From an uncultured Chlamydiae bacterium (GTDB lineage Bacteria; Chlamydiota; Chlamydiia; Chlamydiales; JAJFMA01), in NCBI GenBank assembly GCA_963713615.1, contig CAVQMM010000001.1:1920001-1984000 (forward strand): a DNA stretch of 64,000 nucleotides. The letters are read 5' to 3'. Each line of letters opens with the position of its first letter. Position 1 is the stretch's first letter. Under the pieces are notes generated by a model. The model saw only the letters and a list, made by a program, of their open reading frames with translations. It searched no databases and was not told where the DNA came from. Below, piece by piece: positions 10,429-19,544 of the stretch. A program made the translations under genes and the position numbers.

Positions 10429-10613
10429 CCTATTTGCATTTAGAAGGTGGGAGTGATCCTGCCTATCATGCCGCGAAGCAATCTTATCGCTACCTATAGC
10501 CTGCCTTGAGCGTACCTCGACATCTGCCCGACTCTTTTCTCTGTATTTTGTTGCGCATAATCAGTATTATTACGTTTTATCAATCTACATATTTAACAAG
10601 AGCTGGTAAGGAC

Positions 10614-11855
10614 ATGACCATTAAGACCAAGAAAAAGAGTGAAAGTCTCACCGCCCAATCACCCCTCATTCTGCGCTGTCAACGTCTGATGGAAGCCTTT
10701 GCAAAATCCGATGATGAACGCGATTTCTATCTTGACCGTACCGAAGGCTTCATCATCTACGTAGACTTAGACCGGCCAACTGAAGAACTTGAAACTCTGT
10801 ATGCAGAAATAACTGAGCGTTCCGACCGTTATTGCCTAATTCCGAAGCTAACCTTCTTCGAGACCAAGAAGATCATGGAAGGCTTTGTGAATGAAAAGGT
10901 CTATGACATCGACACCAAGGAAAAGCTACTAGATATTATTCAATCCAAGGAAGCTCGTGACCACTTTCTCGAATTCTTATTTGACCATCACACCGAATTA
11001 GACAAATGGCAGCAGTACTATCAGGAGCGTTCGCGCATCCGAATGATTGAATGGCTACGCAAAAATGATTTCTATTTTGTCTTCGAGGAGGACCTAGACC
11101 TCACGAAAAATACCCTGGAGAATGTCAAGAGGACCCTATTTGATAAAGAAGTAGCGCGTGATGTGCAGACAGCTCGCAAAGTCTTGGCGACCAAAGCAAA
11201 AACCTACTATTCGAGTGAAGCGCTTAATCCTAGACCGAAACGTGGCAGACCTCCTAAGCAAACAGCAAAGCTAGATATTGAGCCTCAGGTTTCAGTCGAT
11301 ATCTATACTCAAGTATCGGCTGTTGTACGCCCATTCCTCTTTATTCCAGATATTTCGTCAGCCACCGGTGCAACCTTTTCATCCAAGTTTGAAAGTGAAG
11401 GCGATTTATTGGCTACTCGCAGGCTCCAGATGGACATGGATCGTGACCTCACCCTCGAGAATCTGAATAAAAAGCTGGCTTCTCTGCGCGACCTTTCTGG
11501 CAAGCTTGTAGAAAAGGGCATCCCCGTGCCCCTCAATGGAACTATCGCCGTAAAAAGTTCTGATCTTTCCCTTTTTGAAAGCCTGGGTGATGAGGACGAA
11601 GACGACGAAGATGAAGATCTTTCCTTTGACGAAGACTCCGATAAGGTTTCAGCCAAGCCATCGAAAGGTAAAGCAAAGGCAACGCCACCCAAAAAGGCTG
11701 CTGCTGCACCCGTGAAGAAGGCACAAACGCCTTCATCAGCTGCTAAAAAGCCTGCGGTCGCTAAGAAAGCGGCTCCTAAGCCTGCTGCTGCCAAGCCTGC
11801 AAGTCCCAAAAAAGCTCCTAGTAAGCCTGCAAAGGCACCGCCTAAAAAGCGGTAA
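10614..11855 (+). CDS. UPF0158 family protein (CT429-like) with acidic patch and Lys/Ala/Pro-rich tail
   Basis: FAKSDDERDFYLDR..G N-terminus typical of chlamydial UPF0158; synteny after dapF. Confidence 0.85.
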   Translation: MTIKTKKKSESLTAQSPLILRCQRLMEAFAKSDDERDFYLDRTEGFIIYVDLDRPTEELETLYAEITERSDRYCLIPKLTFFETKKIMEGFVNEKVYDIDTKEKLLDIIQSKEARDHFLEFLFDHHTELDKWQQYYQERSRIRMIEWLRKNDFYFVFEEDLDLTKNTLENVKRTLFDKEVARDVQTARKVLATKAKTYYSSEALNPRPKRGRPPKQTAKLDIEPQVSVDIYTQVSAVVRPFLFIPDISSATGATFSSKFESEGDLLATRRLQMDMDRDLTLENLNKKLASLRDLSGKLVEKGIPVPLNGTIAVKSSDLSLFESLGDEDEDDEDEDLSFDEDSDKVSAKPSKGKAKATPPKKAAAAPVKKAQTPSSAAKKPAVAKKAAPKPAAAKPASPKKAPSKPAKAPPKKR

Positions 11856-11873
11856 TGTAGAGCTATTTCCTAT

Positions 11874-12003
11874 GTGGCGCAGTCATTCCATGACTGCGAG
11901 AACGGTTGAAACAGATTCCGTTTGCATCGCATCACATGGGACGTTTGTTTTGCACGTCTCCACAATTGCAACGGATTTCGCAGTCATGGAATGACTGCGC
12001 CAC
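11874..12003. repeat. REP doublet (REPIN-like): GTGG-cgcagtca-ttcca-tgactgcg in inverted pair
   Basis: GTGG tetranucleotide plus hairpin; further copies at 14342, 29633, 42578 and 55107. Confidence 0.88.
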
Positions 12004-12053
12004 AGACGATTGTGGAGCAGCCTGCAAACAGGCTGCTCCACAAAAAGAAGTTC

Positions 12054-13355
12054 TTAACGCTGACGTTGCGGTTTCTGTGTATTGGGAACGACGAGAAAGT
12101 TCTCTACAACATAGTTAGCAACATCACGTCCGAGCTGCTCTCCACTCTCATTCCCAGATTTGCTGAGAACACCGCCATAGATGCGGCTTCGTCCCGCCTC
12201 GTTGGCAGCTTCCGAAAAACTCGTGTATGAACGCGTAACACCTGGTTTAGCGTCCGAGCCAACAGTGAAGCTAGTGTTATCACCTAACAAATCTGAGAGC
12301 ACTTGCGCAGCTGCAGCGCTATAGGCACTGTTACCCGATACGTACTCTGGCGAATGGGGACAAGTAATCAAAGAAGTCCAGCTGTCGTCAGTCTCTATAT
12401 CGGTATTTTTTGTCTTTTGCGGTTCGCGAATGGCTGTCTCAGGACGCAGGCTGTTATAACGAAACTTGCATTCCCAGGCAGCAATACCGCTGTCAGCCAA
12501 TGCCATATTCAAGAGAGCAAAGAGGCGTGCATTGTCTATCAAACTATTATTCTTTTGACCGACAACTGTCTCAGCAATCACGTTCCATTGTCCTGGAGGC
12601 GTCGCTGTCCCTGGTCCTTCATCCCAAAACATTGCTATCTCTGTCTGGTCTGGTGTGCGGGCCTTGCTGCCCTTACCTCCCAAGTCTTTTACTTCGTTGA
12701 CTTCAACGGCATAATCCTCACTCCTAAAGTCAGGAGGTGGTCCTGGACGAAATTGTGCAGGATTTTTCAAAGCAAAGGGTGTTACTCCTGACCAATGTGC
12801 CAGAGTAGGTGGACGGCTATCATTGGCCACAGCCTTCCATTGTCCAAGGTTTGAGGACTGCTTAACGGAAATCTGACGGTCACTATTGTCCTTGGCACGG
12901 ATTGCCAACAACGCCTTGGCTACCTGTCTGCCTACCTCAATACCATCCTTCCGAGCTTGATCGTTCGGAATCTGCTGGTACTGTTCACGCATCAGATGGT
13001 CAAAATCAGCCCCGCGATTTGGAAACAAAGATTGAAGCACAAAATGCGCAGCGGCGATAGCAGCTGCTGGCGCTGAGGCATCTTGTCGCGCCTCAATGCC
13101 TTTTAGATAAGGTTGATATTTTTGCTGTACTGCATTGACAGCATCAAAGACTGCCAAATGTAGAATGGCTAAGTCGCGCGCCGCCACCGGAGGACTTACA
13201 CCATCGGCACGGATGGCATCCAGTGCAGTGCGGTTCCATTGCACAACGAGATCCCCTGAAGGAATGCTATTTCTATCGCTAGGAGCAGCCTGAACGATAT
13301 TAAAAGGCAACACAAGGGCCATAAAAGAAAAGCAAAGATGTGAAAGCCTGGACAT
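12054..13355 (-). CDS. Secreted vanadium-haloperoxidase/PAP2-like protein
   Basis: Signal peptide, W..KF.Y...RP, P..PEY.SG.S and SRIYGG motifs; both catalytic His positions substituted. Confidence 0.82.
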   Translation of the reverse strand: MSRLSHLCFSFMALVLPFNIVQAAPSDRNSIPSGDLVVQWNRTALDAIRADGVSPPVAARDLAILHLAVFDAVNAVQQKYQPYLKGIEARQDASAPAAAIAAAHFVLQSLFPNRGADFDHLMREQYQQIPNDQARKDGIEVGRQVAKALLAIRAKDNSDRQISVKQSSNLGQWKAVANDSRPPTLAHWSGVTPFALKNPAQFRPGPPPDFRSEDYAVEVNEVKDLGGKGSKARTPDQTEIAMFWDEGPGTATPPGQWNVIAETVVGQKNNSLIDNARLFALLNMALADSGIAAWECKFRYNSLRPETAIREPQKTKNTDIETDDSWTSLITCPHSPEYVSGNSAYSAAAAQVLSDLLGDNTSFTVGSDAKPGVTRSYTSFSEAANEAGRSRIYGGVLSKSGNESGEQLGRDVANYVVENFLVVPNTQKPQRQR

Positions 13356-13749
13356 GTTCGTTATCCTTTCTAGCTACGGTTATTCCTATGAAGCGACAGC
13401 TATACTGTAGAGACGCTACTACCGCTCCGTTAACTATCACCGGGTAACAGGATTACGTTCTTCAAACTATGTTTTGATCCAACCGTCGCTAAGAAACCTT
13501 TCTTAGCGGCCCGCAGTAAAAGAGTTATGGGCGAAAAGAATCAAGCAAAGTGCTGCGACGGCTATGCCTTTCGTGTGAGATCTAAGCGCGATCTTGGATG
13601 TGAGTTTATTTGTGGTCATAAAGAAACCCTCACCCTTTTGGCAAGCTTTTTTTTGATTTTCAGGAAAGAATGCTGCCTTCCCACTTTTCATTTCTCTGAA
13701 ACTCAGTATCTTTGCTAAAATGCCTGTGCTTTGAGGGGGAGGGATATTC

Positions 13750-14229
13750 ATGAAAATTTGCGATATACCAGGCGTCCATTATTTTGGTCTTTGCCGAAAA
13801 CATCACCGCGATGGAACGCTGCGGAAGACAACCACAGACTATGTCGTACTGATCTCTCGTATAGCTCTAGGAATTATTGCCGCGATCACATCGCTCGTGC
13901 TCTTTGTTCCTTTCTTTGTTGGCGGCATCGGTTGGGCACTGCATAAGCTCCATGACCCCTCCTTACATTCTCACTATCACCATCATCATCACGATCCTTT
14001 TTCCGTCGCCGGTTGTGGCGAATATATGCAGACGATTTCAGGCATGGAGTTCTCGCCTGAAGCCAACCTCGTTGCCAATCTGGCCATTACAATCTGCCAT
14101 ATCGACCATCATCCGATTGTTTTTGTCCCCTATTCAGCACTGTCCATAGGCATGTGGGTCGGACAACTTATCGACAAGCCCCTAACAAATGCTTTTTCCT
14201 GGCTAAAAGAGGTTGTTCCAGTCGCCTAA
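13750..14229 (+). CDS. His-rich membrane protein of unknown function
   Basis: RBS-like gaggggg upstream, hydrophobic segments, HSHYHHHHHD and CHIDHH. Confidence 0.65.
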   Translation: MKICDIPGVHYFGLCRKHHRDGTLRKTTTDYVVLISRIALGIIAAITSLVLFVPFFVGGIGWALHKLHDPSLHSHYHHHHHDPFSVAGCGEYMQTISGMEFSPEANLVANLAITICHIDHHPIVFVPYSALSIGMWVGQLIDKPLTNAFSWLKEVVPVA

Positions 14230-14341
14230 GCCTCGTTTTCCTGCTTCTTATGAATAATTGGGGGCGCTTTGGAATCACAATCGTTGCTCGGCGCGAAGCG
14301 CTTTGGAGTAACTCAAAAGGTTGGCTGGCGCAATTTCCTAT

Positions 14342-14468
14342 GTGGCGCAGTCATTCCATGACTGCGAGAATGGTTGAAACAGATTCCATTTGCATCACAT
14401 GGGACGTTTGTTTTGCACGTCTCCACAATTGCAACGGATTGTTCGCAGTCATGGAATGACTGCGCCAC
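14342..14468. repeat. REP doublet (GTGG-cgcagtca family)
   Basis: Near-identical to 11874-12003. Confidence 0.88.
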
Positions 14469-14568
14469 AGAAGATTGTTCTTCCTGAGATTGTAAGGGCT
14501 GACTTTGCAGGATTTTATCTTGACTATCTTTCTAATTTAGACTAATATTCTAGATTAAGCGAGGCGTT

Positions 14569-16065
14569 ATGACTAAAAAGATACCCATTCCGCAAAACTC
14601 AACGGCGTGGCATGTGACAGCACAGGCACTGGTCGATCTATTCTATCCACTGCTAGAGGCCACCCTAATCAATTTGCGTGACAACAGCATCATTGTCTCC
14701 ATTAATAGCTTTGATTCCAGCAATAAAAAATTATCAAATGCAGAGACTATTCCGAACTACACCCGACCTGTGATTACAAGCTTAAAAGGTGGCCGAAAAG
14801 TTAAAACGACAGATATCGCCATTCGCAATGAAGAGGGCATACCTGAAATGGTATTGCGTCTGCGTTTCGATATCACCATTTTTGAAGCGATTCAGGGACA
14901 GATCGCCACCTTACTAGCTGCCGAGGAAACAGCCTCTTCACCACAGGACAGATGGCAAACGCAAATTGACCTAACAATCAAGAGCTATCTTAAAACCCGC
15001 AAGCTTACGATGGCAGCGGCATCGCGAAGTCACAAACGCGAGATTGTCATGGAACTATTTCAAAAGGGTTTGTTCGACTACAAAGATGCCTCAAGCTACA
15101 TTGCCGATGTCCTAGAGACATCGCGCGCAACGGTATACAATTACCTCAATTGGGCTACGACGGTTCGTCGCGTCAGCATTCATCAAGTCGATGCCTTTAC
15201 CGACAAACGCTTCGGAGGCAATCCAGCGGGGGTGGTGCTCGATGCGGAAGTGCTGACTGATGAACTGATGCGCAAGATCACTCGTGAAATGAACCTCTCG
15301 GAAACAGCTTTTGTACTGCCAAGTGGTAACGCAGACCTACGTTTGCGCTATTTTACACCTTCTGGTGATGAGGTGAAATTCTGTGGCCATTCGACTGTTG
15401 GGGCATTGTATATGCTTGCCAGAGAAGGCCGGCACAACATCACGGCACCTGGAAAATACACTCCTTCGGTGGAAACGCTCTGTGGGGTCATTAAAGCCTA
15501 CATTTCTATCAATGACGTAGACAACATCACCGTAGGCTATGAAGCTCCTTACATCGATCTATCCGATGCCGCATTTTCGCCTCTTACGGTTTGTGACGCC
15601 TTGGGAATTAACCCCAGCATTGTCGATACGACCCTAGCAATGGGAATCGAAGACACCAATAGAACCTTATTTGTGCCCATCAAGACATTGAAGGCATTGG
15701 GAGAAATCACCTGCGATTTGCGCAAAACCGCGGAATTCAGCAAGCAGAATGACCTGGTCACTATCTGCCTATTAACCACGGAATGCTTCGATTCCACCAA
15801 CCACGCTCATTGTCGCGTGTTTGCTCCGGCGGTAGGCATTCCTGAAGACCCCTTCACTGGATCAATCCAAGGAGGCCTTGCGGCATACCTACATCAGCAT
15901 AAGCTTGTGAAAAACAGCCTGACACATATTCGTGCAGAGCAGGGACATTTCATGGAGAGGCCGGGTACTGTAAGGATCTCGCTTCAAAAAAAAAACGGGC
16001 AGTATCATGCCATTATTGAAGCACAGGCCGTGCACTTGTTTTCTACCCAAATAGACCTTTTATAA
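14569..16065 (+). CDS. YheO/DauR-like PAS-HTH regulator fused to a PhzF-family isomerase
   Basis: KREIVMELFQKGLF...SRATVYNYL (HTH), then VDAFT...GGNPAGVV, EMNLSETAF, FCGHST, EDPFTGS (PhzF). Confidence 0.85.
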   Translation: MTKKIPIPQNSTAWHVTAQALVDLFYPLLEATLINLRDNSIIVSINSFDSSNKKLSNAETIPNYTRPVITSLKGGRKVKTTDIAIRNEEGIPEMVLRLRFDITIFEAIQGQIATLLAAEETASSPQDRWQTQIDLTIKSYLKTRKLTMAAASRSHKREIVMELFQKGLFDYKDASSYIADVLETSRATVYNYLNWATTVRRVSIHQVDAFTDKRFGGNPAGVVLDAEVLTDELMRKITREMNLSETAFVLPSGNADLRLRYFTPSGDEVKFCGHSTVGALYMLAREGRHNITAPGKYTPSVETLCGVIKAYISINDVDNITVGYEAPYIDLSDAAFSPLTVCDALGINPSIVDTTLAMGIEDTNRTLFVPIKTLKALGEITCDLRKTAEFSKQNDLVTICLLTTECFDSTNHAHCRVFAPAVGIPEDPFTGSIQGGLAAYLHQHKLVKNSLTHIRAEQGHFMERPGTVRISLQKKNGQYHAIIEAQAVHLFSTQIDLL

Positions 16066-16086
16066 TAACCCAAGAGGACTCAAATC

Positions 16087-16503
16087 ATGCACCAATGGAA
16101 AAATAAATTAGTAGCCGTCATGAATCAGAGCTTGGAGCCTGGCGTGGCGATGAATGCTTTAGCACATATGTGCATTGGCTTTGGCGCCAAACTGGGCGCT
16201 GAAGAACTACAGCTTATTGACTACATCGATGCAGAGGGCAATGCCTATCCAAATATTTCAAAGATGCCTTTTATTATTCTGAAAGCCAGCTCCAATAAGC
16301 TGCGTAGCCTTCGGCTAGCGGCTATTCAGGAAGGCATGGCATTTGCTGCCTTCACCGATACAATGACCGTTGGCACCTGGGAGGACCAGATTAGCAAGAC
16401 CAAACAGACTCCTGAAGCAGACTTGAACTACTTTGGCATCGTCCTCTATGGTGACTGGCAGAAAGTGACAGAGTTCACTCGCAAATTCTCACTCTTGAAG
16501 TAA
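16087..16503 (+). CDS. DUF2000 family protein (Pth2-like fold)
   Basis: G.AMNALAHM..G, Y.DA.G, terminal GI.LYG...V..FTRKFSL. Confidence 0.75.
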   Translation: MHQWKNKLVAVMNQSLEPGVAMNALAHMCIGFGAKLGAEELQLIDYIDAEGNAYPNISKMPFIILKASSNKLRSLRLAAIQEGMAFAAFTDTMTVGTWEDQISKTKQTPEADLNYFGIVLYGDWQKVTEFTRKFSLLK

Positions 16504-16562
16504 CCAGTGAGGATTTTTTTGGGGTTCGGCGTAAAGGGCCAAAGGGATGAAAAGGACATAAA

Positions 16563-17195
16563 GAGGTAATTGCAGAAGTCCGATTTTCCGAAGTCAATTT
16601 CCTGAAAATCGGATGCCGGTGAAGAGAGAGTCATTCCCTTCCCAGGCCCGAAGGGTCGATATTGCAACAGGCCATGGCATCGCCACATAGGCCTCAACCT
16701 AACAGGTCTTTTGAGCTTATATCTCAATGACTTAGGACTTCACAATCGTATCTCGGCGCGCAGCGCTTTGGAGTGCGGTCGCTTGCGACCGCTTTTCGTT
16801 CCTTGGGACGGCAATGCTAAACGGCATTGTATGGATTCGTCGAAGGCTGCATGTACTAACTATTTTACCCTTAGGGAATTATAGTAATGCCGTTGCACAC
16901 GACCGTCGCAAGGAACCCAAAGCGGTCGCAAGCGACCGCACTCCAAAGCGCTGCGCGCCGAGATACGATTGTTAGGCTTAGGTTGAGGCCTATGTGGCAT
17001 CGCCATGGTATATGCCAAAACGGTTTTAGCAGCCTGTAGGGCTGCCATAAAGCGCATGCATAAATGGTGTTTGTAAACTGGCGTCTTGTAGCAGTCCTTC
17101 AGACTGCGAAATCCCTTCCTGGCATATACCATGGCGATGCCATGGCCTGTTGCAATATCGACCCTTCAGGCCTGGGAAGGGAGAAAAGCCTGTCT
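16563..17195. mobile_element. Composite MITE (GAGGTAATTGC left end) carrying a long palindrome interrupted by a 309-bp CATAGG-ended MITE
   Basis: Same structure as 36780-39834 without the IS66; inner element 16686-16994 flanked by 11-bp TSD tggcatcgcca. Confidence 0.8.
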
Positions 17196-17415
17196 GAGAC
17201 TTCTCTACAGGGCTGTATTCCTGCAAGAGCCCCTCAGACGGGATTTTGTACAGAGCCAATAGGTGGACATTCTCTTCTCTCCTCCTCTTTCCTAATCCTC
17301 TCTCTCCTATCTCGGTGTCTCGGTGTCTCGGCGGTAAAAAATTCCTAAGTCCTTTATGTCTCTTAGGTCCTTTCGTCCACCCAATAGCGACGTCTTAGCT
17401 TCCTACCCTTTGTCT

Positions 17416-17575
17416 GGCCTTATTCACCTTTGCGGTCAGTTTTCGGTCGACTGCAAAAGGATCGTCTGTCGCGTTTTGCTCCTCGGACATAGCTGGCGCT
17501 ATGCCCTCGTCACAAACCACGACATCCGACCTTTTTCGTCCGACCGAAATTCTGACCGTAAAGGTGAACAAGGCC
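17416..17575. mobile_element. 160-bp MITE, copy 2 (8-bp TSD ctttgtct)
   Basis: Matches 10269-10428; direct repeat at 17408-17415 and 17576-17583. Confidence 0.9.
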
Positions 17576-17617
17576 CTTTGTCTTACCAAAAATCCTCTTC
17601 TCTGGCATACTTACACC

Positions 17618-18463
17618 ATGTCAAACACTATCGCCATCATTTTTGACTTTGACGACACCCTAGCTCCAGATAGCACAACGAGCTTCTTGGCTAATATCGG
17701 TGTCGATGTCCACAAGTTTTGGAAGCAAGAAGTCCAGGCTCTCATCGAGGCCGACTGGGACCCCGTGCCTGCCTACCTGCATCAAATGATCAATCTGTCC
17801 AATTCTAGGCCTGAGAGCCCCATCACCTCAGAAGCCATGGCTCAATGGGGTAAGACGGTTAACTATTATGCTGGTGTCGAAACGGTTTTCGATCGCCTAA
17901 AGGCCCATGCCAAAAAGGTCAACCCCATGCTGAATCTGGAGTTCTATCTCATCAGCAGCGGCATTGGCCAAATTCTACGTCATACAAGTATTGCGCATCA
18001 TTTTGAAGACATCTGGGCCTGCGATTTCGCCTGCGATGACACCGGAGCTATTACTTTTCCTAAACGCATTGTCAGCTTCACTGATAAAACGCGCTACATC
18101 TTCCATATTTCTAAAGGCATCTTCGGCGAGCGCTCACGCGGACGTCCTTTTGATGTTAACCTAAAGGTCGACGTTGAAGATCTACGCGTCCCGGGTAATC
18201 AAATGATTTTTGTTGGTGATGGTTATACCGATATCCCTTGCTTCTCTCTAGTACGTAAGGGTGGAGGAATAGCCATCGGTGTATACGACAGCAATAATAC
18301 AGATAAGTGGGGACGCGCTTGGGGCTTCATCGAACAACAACGCGTCTCCAACCTCGTGCCGGCCGATTACAGTGACCGATCCGCTTTGGCAAATTCCCTC
18401 ATGATGGCTGTCGAAAGCATGGCCCGCCGGATAGAACTCACGCGTCTCACATACCAGGGGTAA
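17618..18463 (+). CDS. HAD-superfamily hydrolase
   Basis: FDFDDTL, ISSG, GDGYTD motifs. Confidence 0.88.
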   Translation: MSNTIAIIFDFDDTLAPDSTTSFLANIGVDVHKFWKQEVQALIEADWDPVPAYLHQMINLSNSRPESPITSEAMAQWGKTVNYYAGVETVFDRLKAHAKKVNPMLNLEFYLISSGIGQILRHTSIAHHFEDIWACDFACDDTGAITFPKRIVSFTDKTRYIFHISKGIFGERSRGRPFDVNLKVDVEDLRVPGNQMIFVGDGYTDIPCFSLVRKGGGIAIGVYDSNNTDKWGRAWGFIEQQRVSNLVPADYSDRSALANSLMMAVESMARRIELTRLTYQG

Positions 18464-18465
18464 TC

Positions 18466-18894
18466 ATGGAGCCAGATTCCATTCCTAAACTCTCCCGTCT
18501 CGGAGCTTATGCCATCGCCATTCGTGACGGATCACTGCTGCTGACTACCAAGGTGAAGGGTCCTTATGAAGGTTTGTTAGACTTGCCTGGAGGCTCCATT
18601 GAGTTTGGAGAGAGCCCTGAACAAACCTTAAAGCGCGAATTTGAAGAGGAAGTAGCCATGACCTTCGGCTCTACAGCCCTCTGCGCGAACCTCTCATTTG
18701 AAGGAGCGGTAAACACAGAGACCAAACAGTACGCCTTTCATCATATTGGTTTGATCTATGTCGTCTATGATACCAACAACATCCCCGATGTCATCCCACA
18801 AGATCCCTTTCAGTGGTACCCTATCGACGATCTGAAACCTGCTTCCTTAACACCATTTGCTCAAGAAGCCCTGCAGATTATCCTATCAGCTTAG
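18466..18894 (+). CDS. NUDIX hydrolase
   Basis: LPGGSIEFGESPEQTLKREFEEE Nudix box. Confidence 0.9.
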   Translation: MEPDSIPKLSRLGAYAIAIRDGSLLLTTKVKGPYEGLLDLPGGSIEFGESPEQTLKREFEEEVAMTFGSTALCANLSFEGAVNTETKQYAFHHIGLIYVVYDTNNIPDVIPQDPFQWYPIDDLKPASLTPFAQEALQIILSA

Positions 18895-19501
18895 AGAGAT
18901 CGCAACGGATGCCTTCGCGCAAAAAACCCTCCCATTCCTTGTCAAAAAACTGACGCAGATGTGGTGACTCCAAGAGGTTGACCACTGTAGCGGGAGCATC
19001 GACCTTACGCTGACGGTACATTTCAAAGATGGAGTAGATGACAATTTCATTGTCAATACGCTGGCAAGGATAACTCAAGACGCGAGGAAGCAAAAAAAAC
19101 TCTAAGGTACCTTTAGGACCTTCGATCGACTCCAGGATCTCATTAAGCTTCTTCTGAGTTCCTCGAATTTTTGTGAACAATTCGGCCTCGGAATGTTCAG
19201 GAAAGATCTTTCGGATTTCTTTTAGAATCAATGGATTTCGCGGATCAGCCATAACGAGGCGTAACTTAGTGCCTGGTCGAGATAGAAACTTCTTCAATTC
19301 GACGGCATAGGCGTCGACCCACGAGGTCCAATAATAGGCTACAATGTCGATGTTCTTTTCAGCGTATGCTAGGATAGATGGCCAATCGACTCCTCTGGCG
19401 CAGTCATGAAAGTTTAGAAGTTGTGGACGTACTGCGTCCTGCTTCTGTACTGCATAAATCAGTGGCGAACGCACCGTAGTAGCCATAACATACCTCTCCA
19501 C
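18878..19501 (-). CDS. Hypothetical protein (possibly PLD-like fold)
   Basis: 207-aa ORF; LRLVMADP...RID pattern weakly suggests a PLD-like/DUF5919 domain. Confidence 0.5.
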   Translation of the reverse strand: MERYVMATTVRSPLIYAVQKQDAVRPQLLNFHDCARGVDWPSILAYAEKNIDIVAYYWTSWVDAYAVELKKFLSRPGTKLRLVMADPRNPLILKEIRKIFPEHSEAELFTKIRGTQKKLNEILESIEGPKGTLEFFLLPRVLSYPCQRIDNEIVIYSIFEMYRQRKVDAPATVVNLLESPHLRQFFDKEWEGFLREGIRCDLSKLIG

Positions 19502-19544
19502 AAAACATTAAGAATAGAACACGCACCCTATACCGCGCGCGGTA

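Noticed and set aside
17501..17617. N-terminal extension of the HAD hydrolase
   Set aside because: Derived from the 160-bp MITE; the HAD motif begins right after the ATG at 17618
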